The notes under the pieces were generated by a model. That model was given only the letters and a program-made list of their open reading frames with translations, had not been told where the DNA came from and did no database searches. A stretch of 64,000 nt of DNA from Octopus vulgaris (Eukaryota): NCBI GenBank assembly GCA_951406725.2, contig OX597817.1, positions 152,086,001-152,150,000 of the forward strand. Direction: 5' to 3'. Shown here piece by piece: positions 13,455 to 28,104 of the stretch. Numbering within the stretch: the stretch's first letter is position 1; each line of letters starts with the position of its first letter. Position numbers and translations under genes: made by a program.

Positions 13455-13699
13455 GTTGGTGCAGTTCCAGGTTTCTATTGGTGACATAAATGGTAACAAA
13501 GTGTGTAAGAAACCTAGGAATAGAAATGAAGCTGTGATCCTTGACTATTCTACAGACAATGAAATCACCTGGACAATGCTGAAAGTTGTTGAACCAAGTA
13601 TGTATACTAGTTCCAATGAAATTGTCAGTGTTGAATTACCTGTTGGTGCAAAAACCAATCAAACTATATTCAGATGGTGGCAGCCACTTGGATATGGAG
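13455..13699 (+). CDS. RELN: Reelin exon F (repeat 3B)
   Basis: poly-T ccag|G, G|gtgagt; LVQFQVSIG...CKKPRNRNEAVILDYSTDNEITW...TIFRWWQPLGYG; phase 2 to 1. Confidence 0.95.
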
Positions 13700-14924
13700 G
13701 TGAGTTGTTTTGACTTTGTCTCTTAACATTGTGATTACTCTATCACATGCTTATCTATTCACTTTGCTTTGAATTAATTATGCACTATTTTGACTGAGTA
13801 TCTGTCTGCCAGTAGGCTACAGTTTGGCATGGTGGAGAATGCTATCTCAAAGTGTCAGCTGTTAAAACACCTGAAAGTCATGGACAGGTGAGACAACTCT
13901 TCTCAAATTCCATCCAGGAGTGATGGACATTCATGTTCCACCATTCTTATGGCTTATCAGCATCACACATCCAAACAGGATTGGAGATGATTGATATTGC
14001 CAGTTCACAACTTATATGTATATAGCATGTAAATTATGGGTGGGTGTGCCTGGACAATGCATACATAAGAATGAGTTTGGTAGGCTGCAATTTGGGATAG
14101 TGGAGAATACTCTCTCAAAGCACTAGGTGTTAAAACACCTGAAAGTCATGGATAGGCAAGCATGCCAAATCACAGTCTACTGGTAAATGCATGGAGCATA
14201 TCATCATCATCATTTAACATCCGCTTTCCATGCTGGCATGGGTTGGACGGTTTGGATGAAACTGGTAAACAAGGGAGCTGCACCAAGTTCCAGTCTGATT
14301 TGGCATGGGTTCTATGACTGGATTCCCTTCCTAATGCCAACCACTCCAAGAATGTAGTGGGTGCATTTTATGTGCCACTGGCATGGATGCCAGTTATGCA
14401 ACACCAGCATCAGCCACAACTACGATCTCACTTGGCTTCACAGATCTTCTCAAGCATGGTGTAGTACCAAAGGTTTCAATCCCTTGTCACTGCCTCTGCA
14501 TGGTCCAACATTCAAACGGTGCTTTCTACATGCTACAGGTATGGGTGCCAGTTACACAACAATGGAATCGGCCTCAACTGTGGTTTCGCTTGGCTTGACA
14601 GCTCTTCTCAAGCACAGCATATGTGTTAAGTATATGCGGTTGATGATATATTACACTGATGCAACTTCTACTTCATATTTAAATTTATTCTCATGTATGC
14701 ATTGTCCAGGCTTACCTGCACAGAGTTTGCATGCTATATGCAGTTTAAAGCCAATTCATATTGAAGATACCAGTTCTTGTCCAATCGCTGAAGTCAAGCA
14801 ATGTCAAGCCAAATTCTTTGATGGGTAACCACTTGGGAGACCTAGGTACTGTAAACATCTCAAGGTGGTGCCCCTGCATAGTTGCAGTCTAATGACTGAA
14901 GCAAGTATAAGACAAAAGCTACTA

Positions 14925-15581
14925 CAGATGGATGAGGAGAAATGTGTGAAGAAGTGTCACTCCCATACAGTTGAAGGAATCCGGGGTAGAGGTAGACCCA
15001 GGAAGACATGGGATGAGGTGGTGAAGCATGACCTTCGAATATTGGGCCTCACAGAGGCAATGACGAAAGCCCAAGACCTCTGGAGATATGATGTGACTGC
15101 AAATAAAGTGAGTTCCCAGCTGTATCCTACAACATTTTCGTATAACCGGCCCCACTCCTTTCAAAAGTACCTTGGATTGTAGGGCAACCTGCTGTGCTTG
15201 AGGAGACCTATAGAATCAAGTACATCAAAATGAAAATCAACTAGAAATTGTAGTTGTGATAGCCCTGCCAGTGGCACATAGAAAGCACCATCTAAACGTG
15301 GCTGATGCCAGCGCTGCCTTGGCTGGCTTCCGTGCCAGTGGCACATAAAAAGCACCAACCAATAGTAGCCATTGCCAGCCTCTTCTGGCCCCTGTGCCAG
15401 TGGCACGTAAAATGCACCCACTACACTCTCAGAGTGGTTGGCATTAGGAAGGGCATCAAGCTGTAAAAACACTGCCCTATCAAACTGGAGCCTGGTGCAG
15501 CTTCCTGGCTTCTCGGCCCCCAGTCGAACCATCCAACCCATGCTAGCATGGAAAACAGACGTTAAACAATGATGATGATGA
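14925..15581 (+). mobile_element. 5'-truncated RTE-clade LINE, same family
   Basis: MDEEKCVKKCHSHTVEGIRGRGRPRKTWDEVVKHDL plus 3' UTR and (GAT)n. Confidence 0.88.
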
Positions 15582-15860
15582 TATGTCATAGACTGGCAAT
15601 ATCATTCATCTCTGATCCTGTTCAGGTGCATGATGTTGGTAAGCCACAAAAATAGTGAAACATCAATGTTCATTACTCCTATATTCAATCATAGATGAGT
15701 TGTCTTACCTGTTCATGACTTTCAGGTGTTTTATCACCCATTGCTTTGAGAAAATATTCTCCACTACTCCAAACCACAGCCTAATGGCAGATACATAGAA
15801 GCATAGACATTATGCAGTTGATAATGTTTTTTACACTAGTATTGCTTCTACTTCATATTC

Positions 15861-16246
15861 AGGATTGGCTGTGTAGTAAGTAGCTTGCTTACTAACCACA
15901 TGGTTCTGGATTCAGTCCCACTGTGTGGCACCTTGGGCAAGTGTCTTCTACTATAGCCTTGGGCCGACCAAAACCTTGTGAGTGAATTTGGTAGACAAAA
16001 ACAAAGAAGTCCTTCGTGTATATATATATGTGTGTGTGTTTGTTTATGTGTGTATATGTTTGTGTATCTGTCTCTCCACCATCGCTTGACAACCGATGTT
16101 GGTGTGTTTACGTCCCCGTAATTTAGTGGTTCAGACCAATAGAATAAGTACTAGGCCTACAAAGAATAAGTCCTTGGGTCGATTTGTTCAACTAAAGGTG
16201 GTATTCCAGCATGGTCACAGTCAAATGACTGAAACAAATAAAAGAA
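15861..16246 (+). mobile_element. SINE family 1 copy
   Basis: GGCTGTGTAGTAAGTAGCTTG head through CAGTCAAATGACTGAAACAAATAAAAGA tail. Confidence 0.85.
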
Positions 16247-16329
16247 TATATATATATATATATATATCAAAAAACATTTGAAAATCAATGTCTTCCTATT
16301 TCCAAGCAGTTTCTGTCTTAATTTTGCAG

Positions 16330-16518
16330 GATTACCAAGAGCTGTTTGGGGAATTGACAGTGTACTGGTTGGAGTAAATGACACAAGTGCATTGGGCTTT
16401 CAAGATGATTTTAATGGCCAAAATCCTAACCCTCAATCCTGGTTTATTACCCAAAGTGGTGTCCCAAGAATAAGTTGCCGATCTAATGGTCATGCTTTGG
16501 AATTCAGCCGAAATAATG
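16330..16518 (+). CDS. RELN: Reelin exon G (3B/4A junction)
   Basis: ttgcag|GA, G|gtatgt; LPRAVWGIDSVLVG...FQDDFNG...SCRSNGHALEFSRNN; phase 1 to 1. Confidence 0.94.
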
Positions 16519-17159
16519 GTATGTAACTCTATGAAGCACTTTACACATTTTCATGCATTCAAGTATTTTATTATATGACAGTTTTAATTATTTCTTTTTA
16601 CAATATTCTTAAAATAGACTCGTATTTTAATAAATCATGAAAATAATTTCATTAGTTCCTCCCACACACACTTTTCTTTTCAATGTCAAATCTTGATTTC
16701 TACCTTAAAGTTAAGCTAAACAACACTTTCCATCCATCATATTTATCTTAATATATTACTGGGAGTGTTTCTTTGAACTGTGAAATGCCAAATCAATTCA
16801 TCAACCATTGACTTATGTATTTGTTCTCATTCATAAATGAAACTATTTATTTTAACGCCTACATATAACAACAGAATGAAAGGAGAGAAAAATAGGAATT
16901 CTATATATCCAAATTTATTTAATTTGTTTTGTTTTTTTTGTAATTAATCATTTTCCACCAAACAGTTTATTTTGTATTTTTATTCTCTAGTCAACTGTAT
17001 AAGCATTACTTCCCATCTGGACAGATTGTAACAGAACTTTTTATTATTGAATTCTTAGGCCACTTCATTAAAATATCTTTTATTCAGACTTTAATATCTT
17101 TTCTTTTCCTTTTTTTCACTTGCTGGGTCTGAAGGAAGGGTATTGATGTCATTAATGTA

Positions 17160-17530
17160 TTGTTTAAACTGTTGCAAAATGACCCCTACGAGAAAGGCAT
17201 TAGAAGTAGATTCCAGAAAATCAATGATCTGGAGATGAAGCACTTTGCATAATGCCTAGTGTGTGGCCTGGTCAGGTTGCACACAAGAAGAGTGATGATA
17301 AAGAGATGAGTAGACTGACAGTTCATGAGTGGAGTTAACACAAGATCAGATAACTCTTCAAACAAAAGCCATTACAATAGTGGTATAGTGGTATGGTAAA
17401 GGCAGAGATAAGAAATGGCACATCTGTGGATTAAAGGCTGGAGTATGTTAAGGGAGCTTTCATTAGGTGTACTCTAGGATGTTTTGCTACAGGTTTCTAG
17501 AATGCAAGATATTAGCAGTGACAAATGAGA
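17160..17530 (-). mobile_element. Decayed CR1/L2-group LINE 3' fragment
   Basis: The - strand gives LQPLIHR, FISRSLIFWNLL and LQQFKQYIN, resembling the LQPLSHRR...FIPRT..LWN.LP...FK..IN tail of this group. Confidence 0.5.
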
Positions 17531-19865
17531 ATGTTAGAGGCATTTCTGCTTCATTGAGTATTATCAATATGAACTCATTGCCAACATGCCTGAATGAAAT
17601 CTCTCATCACAGATATAGACAAAAATGGTGAAAAACTACCACTTGTGTTGTAAGTAAGTAACTGCTCAGCAGAGTAAAAATTCATTATATGCAACAGAAG
17701 CAGTATTAGGTTAAAATAGCCATTTACGTATCATATTTAATGTAAATAAATTGTGATAGGCAAAATTTATTCACCTATGAACACACTAATCTAATACTGC
17801 TTCTGTTGCATATAATAAACTTTGAATATGGGTGTCTTCAGCTCTGGTGTTGGGTACATGTCTTCTTTCTTCTTCTTTCTTCTGTTCCCTGGCCTCTTCA
17901 ATGTATCGTAATTGAGTGTCAGCCGGTGACTGACTGACTTGGGGAGGAGTCAAAAGTTTTCCTTGCACAGCTGTGGATATTGACTCAGTTTGGTGGTAAC
18001 TATTGTATTACAGTGAAACCGAAATAATTAAAATTTAAAGTAAATTTCATAACTTGTGTATTAATTAAATGACTCTTCCACAATCAAATTTCTTCAGTTC
18101 CAGTACATGGTCTCAGACCAGGTTAAACTCACTGGAAGACAAGAGAATAACTCCCAAAATAGTACGTTAATTATGAAGCCATTCTAGAAACATGACTGAA
18201 ATTCTTAATTACAGAATTATTTGATAAAAACTTTTTTTTACTGCCAACAAAAAGCATATATTTTTTGCTTTGGGATGAAAACTAAGCATTGAAGTAACTA
18301 CAAAGTAGAATCTTCTTCACTAGCACACACACACACACACATTGGCACATGCATTGCTGTGTGGTTAAGAATCTCACTTTGCAACTAATTGTATGGCATC
18401 TTGGGCAAGTGTCTTCTACTTTTGCCCCAAGCCAACCAATGCCTTGTGAGTGAATTGATTAAGTTGAAATTGCATAGAAGCATATTGTGTGTATTTTTAT
18501 ACAAAGTATGGTGGTTTAGTTCATAGGTGATCTAAATGATTAGGTACGCTAAGTAAGTGCTGTAATGGATTACTGGGGCTCCAAGTTTATAGCCAAGACG
18601 GTAGTTATGGAGCCATTGCAGATTTCCGATGCAGCGGATATATAATTGCTAAAGAGGACAACAAACAGTAAGGCAAGGCTGTTCAATGAAAGAGACCATT
18701 AGAATAAGTGCCAGGCTTTAAGAAAAAAGTATAGGGGTTAATTCATTGAACTAAAAATTTTCCATTGGTTAGACTGATATATTATTGAGGCATTGTTTTA
18801 AAGCAGGATGCCTTTTCTGTCTCTAACCTTTACCTGCTTTTCAAGCAAGGAATCTTTGCAAGCAAGCAGTTTGTGGTAGTCTCTAGGAGTTTGTAGAGTG
18901 TACCTTCTGGACAACAGACATTACTGTGGAAAACTACTCTTTTCATATGATCAAAATTTAGCATCATAGATTTGAACCATATTTCATCTCTTTCATTTCT
19001 ATTTATATTCTATGTTGTTTACAGGCATTTGAGCCCAAAATACCAATATATTGAAATGAATATCCCCTTTTTGAAATTAAAAAAAAATTCTCCATTGTTG
19101 ACAGTTTCTCATACAAAATCTGTTTATTCACACAATACTTCTAAATACGTTTTCTCAAACTGAAACAAAAATATAAAAAATAAATATCTATATGAAAATT
19201 ACATATCCATAAATGTGATGTACTTATCAATAAATGTTCATGTAGGTATATGTATGTATATATGTATGTATATGTTTTTATAAATGGATATATACACATA
19301 CACACATATATTCATAGATATACTTATATACAATCGTGTATATACAAATTCAATAGTACGTAAATGAATATAAATGAATACACACATATGCACGTGATCA
19401 CACAGTATCATACTATTTTCTCTTTGCATTTTATATATATGTTTATTTATCATTGAATCTTTGTACACACACCTACTTGCATATATATATATATATATAT
19501 ATAAATATATAAATTTTTTGCTTAAACATGTTATATTGAAGACAGGAAATATGAAAAATATTTAATAAAAAATATTAAATTCAAACTCAGTGATGTCTTT
19601 CAATATATGTGTGTATGTATATGTGAAACAGAGAGAATAAATACACTGATAAATGGATAGAGAGATTGAGATGTAAAGTCAGATACATAGATAGAGAGAA
19701 AATAGATTAATAGCATATAAATTGGTACATACAGACTGACGCTTCAACAGGTAGTCATAAAAATACATTTTTGTATAAATTAGATATATTGAAAGATTTC
19801 ACAGGAAATGAATTCCTTCCCATATGTGCATATGAATTCATAAATGCTCATAAATTTGAAAGTGT

Positions 19866-20054
19866 GTATATTTGTGTGTATGTATAAATGTGTGTGTGTA
19901 TGTATATATATATATATATATTTTTATTTTTTTATATTTATGTATATATATATATATATATGTTTGTGTGTGTATGTATATATGTGTGTGTGTGTGTATG
20001 TATATATGTGTGTGTGTGTGTATGTATATATGTGTGTGTGTGTGTATGTATATA

Positions 20055-20091
<37 letters not shown>

Positions 20092-20184
20092 ATATATATG
20101 TGTGTGTGTGTGTGTATGTATATATGTGTGTGTGTGTGTATATGTGTGTGTGTATGTATATATATATGTGTGTGTGTGTGTATG

Positions 20185-20215
<31 letters not shown>
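19866..20215. repeat. Compound (TG)n/(TA)n microsatellite with a higher-order ~22-bp unit
   Basis: TGTATGTATATATGTGTGTGTG-type units; source of the CVCVY/HTHT pseudo-ORFs. Confidence 0.97.
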
Positions 20216-21899
20216 GGTTCATAACTAATATAGTTATAATTTTCCTTTAAATGTTTTTCCCATTTCAATGATTGCTTTCTCTTATCGTTGCCTTACGCTT
20301 CACAAAACTCAGAGTACTGTGGACTTCAGAGTTACAATTCAAGAAGCTTCTACTGCTAATAATATAAATTTTATCAGTCAGTGAATTACAGCCATACTGG
20401 AGCACCAGCTTGAAGAGTTTTAGTCATACAAATTAATCATTCAGTTTTTAAATCTAGTGCTTATTCTATCAGTCAGTTTGCCAAACTGCTCATTTACAGG
20501 GATATAAACAAACCAACACCAGTTGTCAAGGGGTGGCAGAAGACACAGATACAAAAACACACACACACACACACAAAATGCTTCCACACAGTTCTAGTTA
20601 CCAATTTCACTCACAAGGTTATAGTGAAAGACCTTCCCTGAGGTAACACACAGTGGGACTGAACTCAAAACCACATGGTTGCAAAGCAAGCTTCTAAACC
20701 ACACAGCCACACCTCTATATATATACACACATATATATATACATCATCATCATCATTTAACGCCCGTTTTCCATGCTAGCATGGGTTGGACGGTTCGACC
20801 AGGGTCTGGTAAGCCATAGAGGCTGCACCAGGCTCCAGTCTGATCTGGCAGTGTTTCTACAGCTGGATGCCCTTCCTAACACCAACCACTCCGTGAGTGT
20901 AGTGGGTGTTTTTACGTGCCACCGGCACAGGGGCCAGAGTAGGCTGGCAAATGGCCACGATCGATTGGCGGATATATATATATATAGGGTCAGATGTGGC
21001 TGTGTGGCAAGAAGCTTGCTTCCCAATCATGGTTCCAGGTTCAGTCCCACTGCATAGCACCTTGGGCAAGTGTTTTCTACTATAGCCTCAGGCTAACCAA
21101 AGCCCTGTGAGTGGACAGAAACTGAAAGAAGCCCATTGCATGTGTATGTGTGTGTGGAGGGGGTTGACAACCAGTGCTGGTATATTTAGACCCCTGCAAC
21201 TCAGCAAAAAAGACTGATAGAATAAACACTAGGCTTAAAAAATTAGTTCTGAGAGTGATTTGTTTAGCTAAAACCCTTCAAGGTGGTGCTCCAGCATGGC
21301 CACAATCAAATGACTGAAACAAGAATGAAAGAATATATTATATAAATATATCATTATTATTATTAGTATTATTATATATATAAAGGAATAAATAATCTTG
21401 GTTGTATAATGATAATAAAATAGTATAATGATAATAAAAATTAATCCGGAGTAATAAAGGTATCATTTCTTTATTTAAGCACTTTTCTTTATTTACACAA
21501 AGCCATTTATACATGAGGTGTAAATGGCTTTTAAATTTTCCTGAACAAGATACTGCTAAACTCATTATGTCTTAAAATTATGTACCTTTATAAAAATAAA
21601 CTTCAAGCTAATTTTTCTTTATTATCATTATTATTATTATTATTATTATTATTGTTATAATTATTTGTGCAATTTATTTATTTATTGTAATGCTGAGATT
21701 ATTTCCTATCATCATTCAATTTTATCATGTAACTGAATTGTAAAGCATAAGGCACTATTCTTTATTTATAGCAAAGATAATGTGAATGGGTAATCTTTGA
21801 TGTGGAAAGATGATAAAAATATGTCTATATAAAAATAATATCTATAAAAAGTGTGCACATATCAATAAATAAAAATATAGTTATGTATATATGTTTATT

Positions 21900-22310
21900 T
21901 GTGTTCGTATAATATGGGCTTTGAATGCAGAGGATTTTCAAATATTACACAAAATAAAGTGAACATACTCCATTGGATGTGTAATGTGTGTGTACATAAA
22001 CAACAGAGCACAAATGAGCTGTAAGGAAAAACTGGATGTAAAACAGATGTAGTCTGTAATAGAGAAAACTAAAAGTAGTATGGGCTGTGATGCATCTAGA
22101 ATATATGAGCTGTCCAGGATGACAGATGTAGAAAGAAGTGCAGTAGATGGAGCCTGAAGAGGAACACCTAGGAAGGGAAAGGATAAAGTAGTGAAGATTA
22201 ATCTTAGAAGGCCGATCTTCATGAAAATGGTGATAAAGTCTGTGATGGCTGCAACATAAAATGCTAGAAAAGGTTCATCCATGCAGGCATGACATAACAA
22301 ACTTTAAAAT
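21900..22310 (+). mobile_element. Decayed RTE LINE 3' ORF fragment
   Basis: Degenerate WALNAED...HWMCNV...QSTNEL...GTPRK motifs. Confidence 0.5.
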
Positions 22311-24025
22311 GATAGGGGTTAATGAGGCTAAGGGGTGTGACCAGCCCACGTATGTGTACCTTTCCTTCATTGGACATTAAACTCTGATTGTGAAGACCTG
22401 TTGAGGTAAGTGAAATCAAAATCAAATTCGAAGACTGGCCTCCATGCTAGTGAAGCGCTGAGAGCACAATCCAAGCATGATCATTGCCAGAGCAGCAAAC
22501 TGGCTTCCATGCCAGTGGCACATAAAAAGCACCATTCCAGTGTGATCGTTACCAGTGTCACCTTACTGGCACTTGCATCGGTGGCACATGAATAAACATT
22601 CAAGCAAGGTCGTTGCCAGTGCTGCTGGACTGGCTCCTGTACAGGTGGCACATAAAAAACACCATTTGAGCATGGCCATTGCCAGTACTGCCTGACTGGC
22701 CTTCGTGCTGGTGGCACGTAAAAGCATCCACTACACTCTCGGAGTGGTTGGTGTTAGGAAGGGCATCCAGCTGTAGAAACTTTGTCAGATCAGATTGGAG
22801 CCTGGTGCAGCCATCTGGCTTGCCAGTTCTCAGTCAAATCGTCCAACCCATGCATTGGGAAAGCAGACGTTAAACGACGACGATGATGATGATGATGATT
22901 TGGACCTCTTGCCCAATATATCTGTCTTAAATCTCCATCTGCTATTCGTACTCCCCCACCACCATCTATATCACACATCCTCCTCTCTCTATTATTTATC
23001 CTGTACCCATAACTCTCCCTCATAAGGACTCTCTGCTCCTGTGGGACTCAAGGTAATCACAATATGCACCCAATAGACTTTACTTACTTACTTGGACATG
23101 CAGCAGCATTCACCTGGGATGGGTTGAGCAAGTTCATGTTCGGAATTTCAGTGAGAACACAAGTTCACATGTGGTCTCCGATCACCCGACTTGCTGTCAA
23201 TTGTCAACCATTGCAGAGGATTCACTGACCAAGCAACCACCAATTACTAGAGAAGACATAGCCTAGGTTCAAGCTGGTTCTAGACACATGCTTTAACAAA
23301 AGCCAAGAGGTGCCTCACTCCTACCAGTCTTTCAACATGCTAGACACCAACCCAGAATTTCTGAGGGCCCATGCTATTTCCAGAGAGTCGTTGAACATAT
23401 ACTAGATTCATTTGTCCTTTTGACAAGTCATGTTTTTATTCCAGCTGGGTTTCTAGCATCCTTCCTCACACTGCCACACTAACAAAATAGACTCTACAAA
23501 GAGTTAGCAATAAGCAGAGGTAAAAATAATGGAGAGAGCCTTTACTTTGTCTAAGGACATGATAACCTCTCTTGTACTGGGGCCACCATAAATTAAATCC
23601 AGTACACTGGTTAGAGTTAAGAAGAGCATTCAGACATAGAAACCCTGCCAAAAGTCAAAAATTCAAGTGAGGTGTAGGTTTACAGATCCATCTAGAAGTG
23701 TAGTATTTCCAAATATGAATTGACTCAGACTGTAATAATGACTCATCCAACCCATGCCAGTATGGGAAATGAATGTAAAGTAACATAGATGATAGTAGTG
23801 TAGGTAATGGACACACACACACACACACATAATGTGTTCATTTATTTTTTCTATCTTTGTAGCTGTATGGTAAGTAGCTTGCTTATCAACCACATGGTTC
23901 TGGGTTCAGTTCCACTTCATGGTACCATGGGCAAGTGTCTTCTATAGCCTTGGGCTGACCAAAGTCTTGTCAGTAAATTTGGTAGACGGAAACTGAAAGA
24001 AACCCATCATATCTCTCTCTCTCTA

Positions 24026-24080
<55 letters not shown>

Positions 24081-26249
24081 GTATGTATGTATGTATTTCT
24101 GTGTTTATACCCCCAACGTCGCTTGTGTGTTTATGTCCCCGTAACTTACCAGTTCGGCAAAAGAGACTGATAGAATAAGTACTAGGCTTACAAAGAATAA
24201 GTCCTGGGGTCAATTTGTTCAACTAAAGGCAATGCTCCAGCATGGCCTCAGTCAAATGACTGAACCAAATAAAAGAATATATATATAAGAAAAGAGATAA
24301 CAAAGGAAAGGAATGAGCAATTATCTTATGAACTTCATACATGTTATTGGTATCATAATGGCAAAGTGAAATATTAAAATATGCACATATATATCTGTGT
24401 AGCTATGCTTAGACATACAAACATATATATAAATTCATATGCATATATTTATGTATTTAAGTATATATGAAACAACTTCTCTTTTAAATATGTTATATTA
24501 AAGACAAATTCTTCAATAAGAAAAGATTAAACTCAAACACAATCATACCTTCAATGGGATGCATGTATAAGTGTGCAAACATCTGTGTTAAAATGCATAG
24601 ACAGACAGGTAGGCAGATAGATAAGACAGATAGATAGATAAGACAGACAGATGGATAGATAGATAGGTAGGTAGGTGTCTCAAGTCATTTTGAGAACTAC
24701 TAATACTATGTAATCCAATACAGTTTGTTACATGGTCAAGTCATTGACAACCAAACTAGTATCACCAGCAGACTACCCTGGTGAGGAAGGTTACTAGAAA
24801 TTGAGGTGCAGTCAACACAATGGGCTTTTCTCTGTACAGTCCCTGTACACAAGTTTATTCACAAGAATTGGGCTGACCTAAATTTATGGCAGAAGATACT
24901 TGAACTTCTGTAGGACACACAACTTTTACGAAGTCTTGTGAACTTACCTATCCATTCACTTTGTTCAATCTTCTGGACCATTTCTCATATATTCACCTTT
25001 CTGTAACTTGAAGAGATGCCCTGACATCTCTTCATCATCTTCCCTCCTTTTCCAACAGGGATAAAAATGTAATTCTTCTACTGCAAGATACTTGTCAAAA
25101 GGACAGGTGAATTCAGTGTAAAGTATTAGCTATCCAGCAATATTGCACAGAAACTTATTGTTGTGAGAGAGTCCTAAGTACAACAAAGACAAGGGAGTAC
25201 ACCCCAAGAGACAATACAATTCATAGAAGTCAGCTTTCTATCTGACCGGTTCTGGCAGCTTCCGGCAGCTGAGAGAAGTTGCCCAGTAGTTTTGAGTCAC
25301 CTTTGCATCTGGATCTCTTTATTGATCTCTTTTTGTCAAACTACTTCACTAACAGAATATAAAGGGACAGGTCGTTACCAGTACCACTGAACTGGCTCTT
25401 GTGCAGATGGCATGTAAAAAACACCATTTGAGCATGGCCATTGCCAGTGCTGCCTGACTGGCCCTCGTGCCGGTAGCACATAAAAGCACTCACTACACTC
25501 TTGGAATGGTTGGTGTTAGAAAGGACATCCAGCTGTAGAAACTCTGCCAGATCAAGATTGGAGCCTGGTGCAGCCATCTAGTTCACCAGACCTCAGTCAA
25601 ATCATCCAACCTATTCTAGCATGGAAAGCAGATGTTAAATGATGATGATGATAATAACATGCACAACATTAGTTTTTGGTCCATCCAACCATAAACACGT
25701 GTGCATGTACATTCTCACACACACTCACATATACACTTTTGCATGTGTGTGTGAGACTAATGGACTTGTGCACAGTTTCTATCTACCAAATTTTGCTCAC
25801 AATTTATTGGTCTGATCCACCTAAGCTATAGTAGAAGGTTGGGCAATCCAATAGAATCAAACCTGAAGCTATAGAGGTGTAAAACACTTCTTAACTACTC
25901 AGCTCTACCTGAACCTATATTTTTCTAGTGTTTCAAGATGTTATAATTCTTTTAAATTTTTACTTTCTTTCAAAATATCTTAAGAAAAAAAAAATAATTA
26001 AATCATCACATACAACTCTTAACATCTTGTTGACAGTTTTCTAAGTCAAAAGCACCATCTTGTAATGATTCTGTTACAGAACAGAAATAAATTATACGAG
26101 TATCAGTTTTCTGTTATACTAGAGAGTTCCTCACTTTCTTCAAAATGAATGTAAACAATGTTAGTATGATTCTTGTGCTATTATGCATTTCAGAACTAGC
26201 CTCACTAATGCAGCCCCATATAATATGTCATCTTACAGGAAGTTAAGAA

Positions 26250-26489
26250 AGGCAATGAACTGGCAGAAACGTTAGCATGCCGGGCAAAATGCTTAGTGGT
26301 ATTTCGTCTGCCGCTACATTCTGAGTTCAAATTCCACCGCGGTCAACTTTACCTTTCATTCTTTCGGGGTCGATTAAATAAGTACCAGTTATGCACTGGG
26401 GTCGATACAATTGACTTAATCCATTTGTCTGTCTTTGTTTGTCCCCTCTGTGTGTAGCTCCTTGTGGGCAGTAAAGTAATAAGAAATAT
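26250..26489 (+). mobile_element. SINE family 2 copy with TSD
   Basis: 12-bp TSD GGAAGTTAAGAA at 26238-49 and 26490-501. Confidence 0.85.
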
Positions 26490-27951
26490 GGAAGTTAAGA
26501 ATAAATATTAAAGATAGCCTTCTAGCATCCTAAGCATAGCATGTGTGTCATGGCTGTATTGTCTTGCAATCAGGATATTTTTTCCCCTTTTATCCCACTA
26601 GTTCGTTCATTATGTACTGACAAGAACATGGAAGCAGATAAAACAACTCCAGTGTTAGTTTAGTTTTCCAGCTAATTATGCAGTTCTCCAGCAAAAAGGT
26701 GTAAAAAATGACAGTGGAAGCCATCTTCTAATGAGACTAAAGAGAAACAAGATTTGCTTTGAAACTACAGAATGCAGCCCTTGCATTTAAACCCATCAAA
26801 GAATACAAAAGTTCAAGTCTCTTCTGCCATAAATTTGGGTCAGCCCAATTCTTATAAATATACTTGTGTACAGGGACTGTACAAAGAAAAGCCCATTGTG
26901 TTGACTGAACTTCAATTTGTCAACGTTTCCTCCTCTTCTTTTGCCCATAAGTCCTGGAGTCCCAGCAAAAGGCCATGGGCCTAATCTGTCTTCTTTGACT
27001 AAGCTAGAAAATAAGAACTTTTTTTTTTTTAAAGTGCAATCCTTTAGTGCTAAACATAAATTTGACTTTGTCAAAATTATTTGAAAATGGCTGTTTTATG
27101 AAAGACTGAACAGCAATCAGAAAGCAATCAAAATAAAAGCAGTATGCTGATATGGATTTTTGAATGAAATTAGGCAACCAAGGCAAAAATTATCGTTATT
27201 TCCATTCCAAAACTCATTCTGCACCATGTTATTATCTAAGGCATAAAAGTATAGTTTCCTGTTTTATTACAGAGTAATTCTCATTTCATACTTGGTTAGT
27301 TATGTTCGAGCTGTCCGTTAATATATGGTTGTGTTCAAAATAACAAGCCAAGCCAATATATTGATGCTCTAATTTTGGTGAGACATTAATGTTTTTTGTT
27401 TTGTTTTTTTTCTTATTGTTAATGTTTCTTGTGTGTGTATGTGTGCATCAATTTTTCATTTAGGAAATATTTAAAAATAACATTATCTAATTATGAACAG
27501 GATTATTTTACGGCTAAAAAACAGAAATTATTAATTAGGATATTTATCATAATGTTACTTTATTCCTCTATATGTACGTGCATACAGATACACATGCACA
27601 GAGGCTTGGTCATGTGGTTAAAATGTTTGCAACCAAATGGTTTCAAGTTCAGCCTCAATGCACAGTACCTTGAGTAACCGTCTTCTACAATTGCTTCTAG
27701 ATAACCAGTGCCTTGTGAGTTACATTAAGCTTGTTGCGTATATATGTGTATATGGGAGGGAGAATATATATGCATGTGTGCAAGTGTGCATGAATTCTTG
27801 TATCTTGTTTGTCACTATTTGAGTGAAGCCATTGTGATACTAATATTCCTTCAATTGAAAAGATATATATATATATATAAAGAAGTAAATATATGGCACA
27901 ACGAAGTACCGATATTTACTGGAAATAGTACTCTAGTATTGCATTACTAAT

Positions 27952-27984
27952 TTATATATATATATATATATATAAAACTTGGAA

Positions 27985-28020
<36 letters not shown>

Positions 28021-28070
28021 AACTTACTTGGAAATTTATATATATATATATATAGAAAACTTACTTGGAA

Positions 28071-28104
<34 letters not shown>

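Noticed and set aside
17786-17968. Minus-strand ORF as a candidate nested gene exon
   Set aside because: It overlaps a dispersed repeat also seen at ~32740 and ~38660-38710, with no supporting exon chain.
19844-20268. Overlapping 94-126 aa ORFs (CVCVY / HTHT)
   Set aside because: These are translations of a dinucleotide microsatellite.
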